Below are positions 25,205 through 37,560 of a DNA stretch of 64,000 nucleotides, piece by piece. Origin of the DNA: the human T2T-CHM13v2.0 reference genome, Homo sapiens; assembly GCF_009914755.1 (NCBI RefSeq), contig NC_060930.1; one strand, given 5' to 3'. The position numbers and the translations under genes were made by a program. How positions within the stretch are numbered: position 1 is the first letter of the stretch; every line of letters starts with the position of its first letter. A model generated the notes under the pieces. That model was not told the DNA's origin. It saw nothing but the letters and a program-made list of their open reading frames with translations, and made no database searches.

Positions 25205-26185
25205 GTCACTATCAATTGGGAGGACAGAGAAAACTCAAGATGTAGCAAAAGCCGTTAAGAGGCAACAAGGAAATATTACTTAGGTGTCTACTTAAAGTTT
25301 CCTTTTATTCACCCCCACCCACCCCTCAGAGGCCAGTTTTTCCCAGACCTGAATATCACCGTCATAATGTTTGTCATAACTTCTGACCACCTGCACTATG
25401 ACTTACTGAATATATTTTACTAATTGACTCACTTTAAAATCCTTTGTTTTAAGCAGTAGTATTTGTGATATCATGGGCTCATTATGCTAGTTAAATTTGT
25501 TTTCTTCTCATACAAAGGAAAAGAAATACAATTTAAATAATGGAAATATTTGCAAACCACCTAAATTCATTCTGAGCAACCCCATGACATGACATGAGGG
25601 GCTGGGAGGACCACCAATCTGGCTGAGAATGATCTGGCATTCCCATTACCATCCCTCCATCCAGGGCCCAGGAACCACATCACATGGAGGAGAATTTCAA
25701 TCAGGCCTGCATCTCCCTTAGGACACCAGTGCCGGAAGGCTGCATTGTCAGAGTCTGTTCAGCGAGCCAGGCTTGTCCCTTTCCGTTGCCAGAATCTGGC
25801 CACGCACATCTTTCCTTTTTGACTAAACGTGTTGCTTGGGAATTATTACATTGCAAGAATAAACAATAGCACATATCATTTAACAGTAATAGGGAACAGG
25901 CCATGGTTGAGCCTGGCGTCTGGTCAAGGTTCACATGAGGGTGTTCCATTTGTAAGTTAGCACCCTACAAATTGTCCCACCCAGTGCAGATCCTGCAGGC
26001 TTTCACAGGACCTTTGAAGAAATGGGTTATTTTACAAGCTTCGTTAGTGCTGGGGCTGGTTTAACTAGGCAGATGAAGCTTTTTTTTTTTTTTTTTTAAA
26101 CCAGGCTAAGAAGCCCTAGGAGCCCTTGTGGCTCTGCAGTCATGCTCTGGTTTTTAAGTAAATGTCTTTTGGAAACTTAGGAGCC

Positions 26186-26209
26186 AAAAAAAAAAAAAAA
26201 AAAAAAAAA

Positions 26210-26240
<31 letters not shown>

Positions 26241-26249
26241 AAGAAAAAG
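26186..26249. repeat. A27 followed by (GA)n; 64-bp pure purine tract
   Basis: Read directly from the sequence. Confidence 0.93.
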
Positions 26250-26374
26250 CACTTCTTCTCCAAGGTCCAGAAACTAAAATCAGGCCCAGGTAGCTCTGTC
26301 AGGTTCAGGGTGTGTCTAAATTTGAAGGGATGTTTGCTTCTGATATGAACATTTTTCTTATACTTTTATTATAG

Positions 26375-26526
26375 AAGATGATGTGTCAAATGTACAAATA
26401 ATGTGTGCCTGGTGCCAGAAAGTGGGAATCAAGCGCTATTCCCTGAGTATGGGAAGTGAGGTGAAAAGCTTCTGCAGCGAGAAGTGCTTTGCGGCCTGCC
26501 GACGAGCCTACTTCAAGAGAAATAAG
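26375..26526 (+). CDS. SOBP: SOBP internal coding exon (152 bp; exon 4 by recollection) encoding an FCS-type zinc finger: (E)[50 protein letters not shown]
   Basis: Acceptor tttttcttatacttttattatag ends at 26374 and donor AAG|gtaaga starts at 26527. The exon is 2 nt plus 50 open codons (phase 1 in, phase 0 out). It has CxxC...FCSxxC zinc-finger spacing and local CpG enrichment, and I recognise the peptide as SOBP. No other SOBP exon was seen in the window. Confidence 0.95.
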
Positions 26527-28529
26527 GTAAGAGCACCGGAGAGAGAGGCGGCCCCCCACAGGCCTCACCAGCCCACACGCGCATGTGCCTCATAGCTTCT
26601 AGCGGAAAACACTGCGCACCTTTTACTTTTATATTTTTATTCTCTCTGTTTTGTTGATTCCCCTTTTGTGTCATGCTTAACCTTTTGGAATAAGGAATCC
26701 CCTTCTAATGTGTTTCTCTTGGCTTAGTGTTTGTGTTCTGAGAGGGTGAATGAATCTGATGAGGACACTGTGATCACAGCTGGTATCCTCATGGCCAGTG
26801 TCTTTCCAGCAGTAGAGTGCAGACTGCACTCTGAGTACATGAAAGATAAGTGGTAGATATTTCTTTAAAAAGCCAAGTAATTAGCCACAAAAGCATGGCC
26901 AGAAAGTTTTAGCCCACTTAGTTTAATTCTTGTACCCAGTGGAAATACTGCTATTGCTCTTTTCAAAATCTGGCCCACGAGTTCTTGTCAAGAAAAATGT
27001 CAAGTCTCTCTTGACATCTTATGTTAAAGCTGATTGATATTGAGAAAAGATGAAATCATGAATACGTGAAACAACATTGCTCACACAGCCAAGCATTTGT
27101 GAGGAGCGTGGTGGGTAAACACAGGAACAGCCATCGTTAGAATTTTTTTTGGTTTTGTTTTGAAGACATCCCAGGTCTGAAAATGTCCTTTTTGAATAGT
27201 GTTAGCCACCATGGATGGGAAATGGAATGCATGATGTTTTTACAATCACACGCACATGCACACAACTATTTTCTGAATCCTTAAAGAACTGCTGTAGCCT
27301 TTGCCACCAACTACTGCGGTAACTTGCTAGTCCTCAATTATTTTCCATTGATATGTAAAGCTTCCTTAATTCATAAAATCTTTACTAAAATTGTCCACAT
27401 TTTGTTGTTTCCATTTCTATAATACAAGATCCAAATCTGTTCTTCTTGAAGCAAACAATTATTATTTTTCCAAAAGTGTGATATTTGCAATCCTGAAATG
27501 CTAATTATGGGCTCACTGCATTGCAGGCACTGTTGCAGCAAATTATCTCCTGAAAATTTGGGTCACATTCATTCTGCCAAAAAACATAATGCCAAAAGAA
27601 TTAGGCTGCAGAATTCAGCAGGGTGGAATTTTAGTAGCAGTCTCTAAGAGTTAGGCTCATAATCTTCACTGAAACAGAGAGGCAAGTAAGGAAATTGTTT
27701 GGAATTCTTTTGGGACTGTCAGCAGTCAAGTTCACTTTCCCCTGGGAGGAGCCAGTGAATCTGGGGAGGAGGGTGGGAAGAATGATGCACGGGAGACACG
27801 TTTTGTTTTAATATAGGGGGATTAAAATGATCTCTGAGACCCCGGGGCTCCCGTTTTGAATGCCGAGCACTGGAGTAACAAACCCAGGAGTGGGCCCAGT
27901 GCTTTCTTCTTCAAAGCCCTACTTACCACAACAAAATACTTTGCATTCCAATCCAGAAGATGGCTATAGAACAGGGCTTTTTGTCTTTCTATAATTCTGA
28001 AGGGTTATGGGTCTGAATCTTGATGGGCTGCCTGTAGGGACTAAAATCAAGCAAGATGGATTTGTCACAATCCTGGTGATACATGTTATATTTTGCAAAC
28101 TGTATTTTATAGTGAGCCTTTGAAGAAAGACACCTGATTCCATTTGGAAAAACACTCCAGAATACCATATCTATATCTATATTGTTTACATCATTATAAA
28201 GTTTAAGGTCAAACTGAATTTAAACTTTCATAGGGTACATTTTTGAAAAATGGATAACTGGGAGCGAGGATAGGAATTAGCATTTGAAATACTTACAGCA
28301 GGTAAAGTCAGCAGTGGGAGGAGGACCATCACATTTCACTTTCTACCAGGCGTTATTGGGATATGTCTTTGAACATCTTGCTAAACCTGGAAGTTGCAGC
28401 GGTTTGGTGTTTAGCCAGTGACTTTGCCAGCTGATCCCAGTTGTCTGTTAGTGTACAAACAATTCCTCCCTTCTCTGCAGTCTTCATCCTTCCTTATATA
28501 TCCCAAAGCTCTGATGTGCTATGCCTTCT

Positions 28530-28565
28530 TGTGTGTGTGTGTGTGTGTGTGTTTTTTTTTTTTTT
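28530..28565. repeat. (TG)11 followed by T14
   Basis: Read directly from the sequence. Confidence 0.93.
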
Positions 28566-30454
28566 CCAAATAGAGAAATAAACTAGTCTATCATTTGTTG
28601 GCTTCTTTTTTTTTAATTTTAAAGAGTGTTATCTCTGTTACAATATTATATTGTCTTACAATAAACATGTACAGCTGCTGCATTTCTGTTAACTGATAGG
28701 ATTTTGTGGTCATTTCATTTAGGGCTTGGGTTTCCTAATGGATTGTATTAGATACCAGTCTCCATCCTGCCATTTCTAAGAACTGCTTGTAATAAGCCCC
28801 TGGGTGTTCCGTACTGAAGACAATAGCAAATAGCTACTTCTCCTCTTGTATCATTTAACAAAGTCCTTAGTCCTTGTTAATTAAATTGTGGACTTTCTTA
28901 ATCTTAGAAAAAGGGCAAAATTCTTCCCATTCCTACATAACAGATTTTTTTTCTGGCTAAATTCTACCTTTTTTAAGTTTTGAGAAGTGGATAGAAAACA
29001 GAGTGAATAATGTGTGTGTGTGCAGAACAGAATTTTGCCTTAGGTATAGTGTAGACTTAAAAAAACATAAAATTAACTGTGCTGTAAATTATGCTTTATG
29101 ACAGCCCGCTTCTTGCTGGATAGCATGGTGGGATCTAAAAATGGTCTCTAAGTTGAACCCAAATTGCATGCATAACTTTACAAAGAAAAATCCTAGTAGA
29201 AAAGGTAGCTAATTAGGAGCAGTATTCAGCTGACCTCTGTTTTGTGTCTGAGCAACACCTGCATTTGTGAATGTAAATTGGACAGCTGTGCTTGTGGTCT
29301 CTGTGCATTTCTCTTCACACACGCTTGGGTGTAGAGTCAGGAATTGATTTGCTGCTGAAAACAAGGACAAAAATAACCCAACTCTCAAAATGATGGCCCA
29401 CTGAAAATGGGCTCTTGAAATTTCTTTTGCCTCTCAATCCTTCATTTCTCTTTGGGTTTCTGTGTTTGTTTAATGGGGCGGGTTGAAAGTGTCACATACA
29501 TCTCTCACAGACTGTCACTATGCAATAAGGTGGGATGGATTGAAGCCAGGTTAACCTATATAGTATATAGGTTATATTTTTAACTGAATTTAAATTTTTA
29601 TTTGAAGAGTTGTCTGGATTGCTACGAATATTAGGCTTTCTTCAAAATACTTCTACTCAACACTGCCAGGAGAGGACCATGAATCACAGCTGTATTCACT
29701 TAAGGACTCTAACTACTAGTTTACACATTTCAGAATGTTGGCTCTAGGAAGTGGATAGTGTTAATTCATAATATATTTTGTAGGGTCCTTATCCCCGAAG
29801 GCTTATTTGCTGGCTTAAAAGTTTTTGAAACAGCGGGTAAGAAAAATACTTATGTAGTCTGTGGGCATTGTATGGACAATGGGATGTCAATCTCATTATT
29901 TCATGTATTGGAGACTTTTCAGGGAACTAATAGCTCACTCTTTTCCCAGCCCATTTTTGGACTTGAGAGCATTTCTGTCCTTGTAATTCATCTAGGAATT
30001 GGAAAGTTGCAGAGACTCCTTAGTGATTTTGCACTCTTGTGAAAACATTTAGTCCAACTTGCTAACACCAGTTTTACTTTGCATAGTAATGCACACGTAA
30101 AAATACTCTTTCCTAAGGGAGTAATGTCTTGTAACCATTATCCCTCTAAAAAGGAGTAACAAACAAGACCACAAATGTTAGTCACTTCCAAATGGCCTGT
30201 GTTTGATCTCTTTCCTTTTACATGGGAAATATCTTATTGTCCAAACTAATATCCAAAAATCAAGAAGGAAATTAAAAGTCAAGACAAATGGCTACTGCAG
30301 GCAATGTAAAGGATGATTATTTACTTTTCTTGTTCGGATCTCAAGTTTTTAGTGTTCTTTATGGATTCGGAATGTTGATAATTTACAAGTAAACACAAAT
30401 TCCTAAGAGCACCAAAGTTTTGCTTCCTTGTTCTAGTTTTTTAATAATTTGAAA

Positions 30455-30753
30455 GGCCGGGCGCCATGGCTCATGCCTGTAATCCCAGCACTTTGGGAGG
30501 TGGAGGTAGGAGGATTGCTTGAGCCCAGGAGTTGAAGACCAACCTGAGCAATAGCGCGAGACCCTGTCTCTACAAAACATACAAAAATTAGCTGGCTGTG
30601 ATGGTGCTCACCTGTAGTCCCAGTTACTCAGGAGGCTGAGGTGGGAGGATTGCTTAGCCCAGGAGGCTGGGGCTGCAGTGAGCCATGACTGTGCCATTGT
30701 ACTCCTTCCTGGGCAACAGAGCAAGACCCTATCTCAAAAAAAAAAAAAAAAAA
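30455..30753 (+). mobile_element. AluJ
   Basis: Full Alu with J-type ggaggattgcttgagcccagg and an A18 tail. Confidence 0.92.
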
Positions 30754-33700
30754 GATCGAAATACTTCTTCAATATCATGATATTGTGGTTCCCCAGCAGA
30801 TCACAGTGGGAAGAAACCAATGTGGCTCAGAGATGAGGATAAGGATGCATTAAAAAGAAAAAGATGATATAGACAGAAACAACATTTGCAAATGATGCCA
30901 TTAAGATTTCCTAACAATCATTATAATAATAACATAAATAATTCAAGGAGGAGAATATTGTGTTATTGGCATTTCTTTTACTTTCAGACTATATTCTTGG
31001 TTATACAGCGATCTCTTCTTAGAAGACATTTCTTTTGGAAGAACCCATCTCTAATTAGCATGTATCATCATGTTATTTGGAGTTATATTTTATTTAGACA
31101 TAGTCTATTTGTCTTTTTATTAAAGTTGAATATATCCTGGGAAAGATTTCTCAGTTTCAGACTTAATTATAGAACCAAGTAGTACAGAAGAAATGTGTAA
31201 CAATTGCCCTGTTAATCTAGTGATTAACCTGTCTACTCTTTTTCCTTTAAATACCTGCAAGATTTAATTTGCAAAATGGCTATCATTCATGAAGGCTTGG
31301 AGAAGGACATTAAGAAATTACTTGCAATTAATGTCCCCTGACCACCTGAAGCTCAGGCCACATACTTGCTTTTGCCAGTTGCTGGCAAATATCTTTGGCC
31401 CACCAGTAAATGCACCTGGGGAGCCCCAGGGTTCTTCCTGTGGATTCCCCTTGGTTTTAACAGCCACCAGTGAGCCTCCTGAATCTGTCCAGCTGCACCC
31501 TGGCCTGCAGGATGATTGCTTGGTTTTGCAGTGTTCCTTAGTACTGTACTATAAGCCTATTCACTGCCTCATGTGTATAGTGGCTTCTCCTCCCAGGGTT
31601 TTAGTCTGCAGGCCAGTGGCTGAGCTCCCTTTTGGTCATAGCAAACGGGTGTTCTCAGAAAGCTCTGGGGAAAAGAACAACAAACCCAAGTGTTTCTTAT
31701 TGTCTTGTATTTTGAAATACAGAATGGAATATTGATGAGCTGCTGCAAATGAGAGGCTGGAAAAAGCAATCACAGAGGAGGGGTAAACGTCAGTCCTTGG
31801 AAACACATTTGGGAGTAGGGTTAGAGCAGGAAGGTTCTGGCTAGTGAAGTAAAGTGTAGGTCCGTTTAAAGTGACACACAGGCTCTTGAGGAGAGCTAGA
31901 AAGTGTTCCAAGGCAGAGGTTCTGCAGACAGGGTGGGACATAGTACTCTAGAAAGCCATCAGAAGCTTGGGGAGAGGTATGTGACCTCATGTTCACCAAA
32001 ACACTTGAAAACCACTTGAGAAACTCTGGTCTAAGGGATACCTGGAACACAGCATGGGGCAAGTAGGTTTGTACTGAAAGGAACAGCAACCACTTCTAGT
32101 TTTTAATGAGCCACATGTTGTGAGACTGTGAAGGAAACAGCAATAATTCTAACCCATTAGCCAGAATGGACATCAGTTTCTGAATAACATTAGATATTTT
32201 AAATTAAATGTGAAGAGTTGATGAAAACTCGAAATAGCTTCAAGCCCCAGTCTGTGTTCAACATTTTTCAGTGAGCGGAAGGAAGAGAGGGAGTTTTTCA
32301 TAAATCAGAATCCGGTCACCTGGGGATCAATACACAGTGCTATTGACATATATGCTGGAATGTTAATTTTCAGACATAGTACATCTCTGGCCATCCTTCT
32401 GGTGAAGGCTAATGCTGTTCACTTAAATCAAGTTTTTTCTCATCGGAACTGCCGGTAATTATCCAATCCATCTAAAAGGCACGCTCCCTTTTAACATTAA
32501 CCACAGTGTCAGATTGCATCAGCCACATTGTGTTCTGGTGACTGCTTCTGCAGAGTGATGAATGTGCGTGTTTGGAGTTCATAGTCCGACTGTCTGTTTG
32601 GGCAGTGGGCAGTTCAGTGAAACAAATGATCAGGAAGGGATCTATTTATTTGGGACGAACATTCTCCTTATTGATCCAGTCACTTACATTTCCAACTCTC
32701 TCACCTTGCCACTAACAGTGTTCAGCTTTATCTGAAGAATGAGCGTTTAAAGAATTATCTTACAGGTCATTTTGATGTGATTCTCTGATCATAAGCTGCA
32801 TTCAGCACAAAGTTACTCTTTGTGCCTGACTTAAAAAGGAAGGTGTTGTGAGACTTTATTAATAAAAAACAGAGGAGGGAGAAGGTTCTGAGAGTGCTTG
32901 GTGAACTGTCCTGAGAAACCAAGAGATAATGATTATTCTTTTTCCTGGAATAGTAGTTATACTCTGTTGATTCAGTGCTTTGTTAAAAATGTTAAGTATC
33001 TGAATAAGTGCAGGCATAAAAGGGCAGGTGGCTTGCCTTGAGATATTTTAAGGTAGTAGATTAAGTCCTGAATTTTTCTTGTACACCTTTGCAATGTCTG
33101 GTCACAATGCCTAGTATAGTCGAGAGGCCCCATGGGGGATCCAAGCTATAGGCATGCCTGTGATTATCTTAATTTCTCCTCCATTTCAATACCTCTGGAT
33201 AGCTTATGTACACATAAACAGAAGTGTGAACTGGCCAAGCCATATGTAATTCTTTGTTCCTTGGGCTCTTTGCTCTTTGTTTATATTATCACAGATTAGA
33301 ATGGAATAAAGAAAATCTTGCTACAGATGGTCACTTCATTTCTGTCCCAGCAGTTGAGACTGAGAATGGGAAATTCCCTATGTTACAATCCACTCTTAGG
33401 GTGGCTGTGCACACAGTGGAATCTAATGTCTACTGACAGACTGCCTTTGGAGGTTACAAACATCAGTCTATTGCATTCTCTGTAAACACAGGCTGTGGGC
33501 CAGAGCTGGGCTCTGCTACAAGCTCTGTGAGGCAGATCAATGGTTTAATGAATCCATAAAGATGCTTGAACTCTGCTGCAATTTACTGAGCACTCTAGTT
33601 AAATGAAACTCCTGTAGTCTTTAACAAAGATAGTGATAATCGATGGCTGGGGATGGAAGTCCATGTCCAGCAGTCACAACCTCCCAGAAGTTGTGTTGTC

Positions 33701-34859
33701 TCATTGCTAACAGAGGTTTAGTCACATTCAGTTTCTGAGGCTCACTGTGTCTATGTTGATATTTGCTCAATGTTTGAGAGCTGAATTTGGCCCAGAAATG
33801 ACATAATCTTAGTAATGTTGCTTCTGTGAGGACTATTTTTAAACTATGGAATATTATTTAAAATAAATTTCTTTAAAGTGACAAGATTAAGCTCAAGAAT
33901 TATATTTGTTCTAACAGGTAGTGTCTTTGTAAGTCATCCCCATGATGAAAAGTAAATAGCGGAATAAAATCCATTCCTGATTAAGTCCTCAAAATGTCAA
34001 ATTGCATAGTGTTGGAGAGCCCTGATTAATTTTTCCATGGTAAAATATTCCTCATTAGTTTGCTGTGGTTGAGGGTTAACCACTCCTATTATAAATTCAG
34101 ACATTAATGTATTTTCTGCTTAATTCATCTTCGAATAGAGGAAAATATAGTTAGTAGATATGAATTTTGTACTTCCAAATGTGCTTTGGAAACATTATAC
34201 TGATTTATGAGAGAGCTTTGGAGGCATGTAGGATAATTCCTTCATAAATATGTTGAAATGTATTTAAAGGTATTTAACCACCTTTGATCGTAGAAAAACA
34301 AGTGCCTTGACTTTGAAATGATTATTTTTCCATCGAAATAGTAGAAGTTATGACGTAATTCAAAGATTTTGCATCTGATTTTTGTCACAGAAACTTAAAC
34401 TTTCTTAATGTTTAACTTTCTTGATTAGCTAATTAGCATTAATTAATCCCACTCCCACTCCAATAACTATATTTTGGAGGCTCAATGGGTAATAGGAATT
34501 TTGAGATATTATGACTGCAAATTTTCGCTGGCCTTTTGCCAGACATTCCATGGTAAAGCAGTGATTTTTATGTGGATCTCATAAATGATATGTTATCTTA
34601 TAATCTGTTTTGATAGAATGATTTCATATCATTTAAAATATGGTGAGCATTTTTATGACTGCACATCTAAATCTTTGTTATAAGGAGAATCTTTGAAGGA
34701 TGTGACACTTTCTGTGATAAACTGTAGGATTGTATGTTTCATAAGTGGAGCAATATAAATTGATAACAAAGAAAAAGGGGAATTTGCCCAACAGGAGATA
34801 AGTACCTCCCTACAGCTTTTTGTTTTTAGCCACACTTAAAAAAAAAACTTGTTATTTAA

Positions 34860-35460
34860 TCATCCATTCATTCTTTAAAAAATAAAATAAAAAGATATAT
34901 TGAGCCTGTATACGGCACTAAGCATGTTTTAGTCTTGGTGGGTAGACTTTTGAACAAGAGAAAAAGTCCCTGTCTTAAAGGGACTTACACTCTAGCGGGG
35001 GAGATAGATGATATATACAGGCTTAAACATATCTTTGTAATATGATTTCAGGTAGGAAAAAGTGCTATAATAAAAAGCAGAGTGAGGGAGAGGGCTAGTG
35101 AAGGGCTGCTGTTTCATATCTGAGGATCACAGGAGTTATTTTTGAGGAGGTGACGTGTGCTGGGGACAGAAGGAAGTGACGGAGCTAGTTGTGTGTGAGG
35201 AGCTGGCAGCAGAGTGTCCTGTGGAGAAGGGGGAGTAAGTGAGAAACAGAGGTCCTCAGGCAGGAACAGTCTTGGCATTTTTGAACAGCAGCAAGAAGTA
35301 CAGATGTCTGGAGCGGAATGATCAAGGTGGTGAGAAGCCAAATGACGTAGGCTGGAGAGGCAGTAGTTTGGAGTTCATTCTAAGTGTGATGGCAGCTATT
35401 GGAAGCTGTTGAGCAGGATGGGTGATATGATCTGATTTTTGTTGTTGATTGGGCCTCTGT
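34860..35460 (-). mobile_element. L2 3' region
   Basis: cattcattc...tattgagcc...ggacttacactctagcggggg; ggaagctgttgagcaggatgggtgatatgatctgattt. Confidence 0.75.
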
Positions 35461-36014
35461 GACGGAAGTAACACATTCAGGATCCCGTATGCAAGGGGGA
35501 TTTGAAGAGTAAGAAAGGCAACAGCATTCACATCAAAGTTGGGTGTGTCTGGCAATAGAAAACTAAAAATATCTTATTCACTGAATTATTCATTAGTAGT
35601 TATGAAACATTTCCCAGTAGCAAAAGTGTATTGAACCAATTTAGTTTTTTGTGTGTGTGGTTTTGTTTTTTTGTGTGTTTTGTTTTTTTTTTGGGCAAGG
35701 TGTGGGAGGAAAGGCACCAGGGAGGGATGCTGTTGGGTAAGTGTTCTGACACAGCGATTTTCTTTCTGTAGGGCAGGTGGGGCTTGTCCCCAACCCGGTA
35801 GAGAGGTTAGGGCCTCAGAAGGCAAGCTCCATACAGAATCTAACTCTTGCTCTGAGAGACCTACAGCATCCACGGGCCTTCTCAAGCTCTAGCCTTAGAG
35901 GTAGCATTATGGTAAAGAGATGGTAATCTTGAAGGGACCATCTTTGGGTAAAGGGATTATTTTGATGTCAGCTTTATTCTGAGAGTAGGTATAGTCTGGT
36001 GATTACTTGTAGGG

Positions 36015-36560
36015 TGTGTCAGGATTTTTAATACAAGTAACAGAAGACCTCAACAATAAAAGATATCATTTGGAGTTATAAAGTCCCAAGCTAGTATGTA
36101 CTTTGGGGCAGGTTGATTCAGCAGCACAGTGGTCTTATCACAGTCCCGTTTCTTTCCATCTCTGTATTCTTCCATGTAGAGTGTTGGCCACATTTCATGG
36201 CAAGCTCCCCAGTGGTCATGGGACAGCTGCTAGCAGCAATCAGGGCTACACACTTTCTTGTTGACATCCTCTGGAATGAGTCTCTGGCCTAGCATTCCAA
36301 AAAAAGAGTCTTGAAATTCATACTCATTGTCTATGCTTACATTACATGCTCATACCTGAATTGGGAGGGTGGGCTATGACGAGAGAGAGCAATGGAATGT
36401 CTAGCATGAGCCAATCAGGGCTTCCCTCTGAAATTCAGGTTGAGCTCATTTTCCTCTGAAGCCCATGGGCAGCATGGGGAGGGGTAGCTACCAGAATGAA
36501 AGTCAGGGAACTGTTAGGGAGGGGACCAGAGTGATGGCTGATGGGAGATGCAAGCAAATG
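36015..36560 (-). mobile_element. Old MaLR LTR (MLT1K/L-like)
   Basis: gtcaggatttttaatacaagtaacagaa; gttgattcagcagc; tttctttccatctctg; agccaatcagggct. Confidence 0.6.
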
Positions 36561-37239
36561 CCCTCTAGAGAGAAAGAGAGATGATCTCCTGAGGTTAATT
36601 CATGAGGCTGAATTCTTTACACGATGGATGTGTCATGCCTGTCTACCCTTGACATGTGGGAGAAATAATCCAAAGTGGATTGAAAGATAAAAATGTGGTT
36701 AGCCGTCATCATAGGGTCCTTAGATGAACCACCTCTTCTACCCAGCACCAGCTGTTTTGAGAAACCTGATTATTAGAACATTGGCTCTAGTATCAGGACT
36801 GATGTGATCACTATTTCCACTCTTTTCAGACTTTAGAACATGAGATTGCACAGAACTAAAACAAAGGGATTGTGGTTAGCTGTTATTCCCATTTATAAAT
36901 AGGAACAGTGGTGCCATTACAGCAGCAGATAGCTCAGAATATAGTTTCCTCAGTGTAAGTGGCCTAGGAGAGGCTGGCCAAGGACTGTATTGGATGTGGG
37001 GAGCTAGATGCTTTGGAGTAGAAGTCTGATGGGATGAGGCTGCTGTTACCCATCAAGAGTTAACTCGTCCACACATTGAAGCTACTATCTTTGTGGCTGA
37101 AAACTGTGTCTGCTAAACAGAAGGAAAAGAGAAGTGTTCAGAAGAATTGTGACACAGTCTGAGGCTAAATGCTTCAAGTTCAGGTGGCCAAAGGAGTAGA
37201 AGTCTTGAAGACTGCAGCTTTCACCATTATTAATTAATC

Positions 37240-37560
37240 TATTTATTTATGCATTCAACAAATATTTGTTGAACAGTAACTATGGGAGTTGCCGTGGCCA
37301 ACAAAACCTGGTCCTTGCTCTCATGAAGCTTATAGTCCATTGAGGGACAGATGTTTATTTAAATAATAACGCAAATGTGAAGTCGTCACTGTGGCAAGTG
37401 CCATGATAGTATTGGGCACAGTCCCATGAGAACCTTTATCAGGGTGAGTTGACTTGTCAGAAGATCTTGAAGCTTCCCTGAGTAAGTGGGGCTAGCACTC
37501 AAATCTGAAGGATAAAGAGGTGTTAAGTAAGGAAAGAGAGAAGGAAGAGCTTATTGGGCT
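37240..37560 (-). mobile_element. L2 3' fragment
   Basis: cattcaacaaatatttgttgaa and ggtccttgctctcatgaagcttatagtc. Confidence 0.7.

Noticed and set aside
26527-26595. C-terminal part of the 70-aa ORF (VRAPERE...)
   Set aside because: Read-through past the AAG|gtaaga donor into the intron; the listed start is an internal GTG.
31289-31735. 148-aa ORF in unique sequence
   Set aside because: No recognisable homology or exon boundaries; the length is attainable by chance in six frames of 64 kb.
35736-35782. GTAAGT...CTGAC...TTTCTGTAG mini-intron, or a 5-nt GGCAG micro-exon
   Set aside because: A 36-nt intron is below spliceosomal minimum size and the following donor (gtgggg) is weak; there is no supporting evidence.
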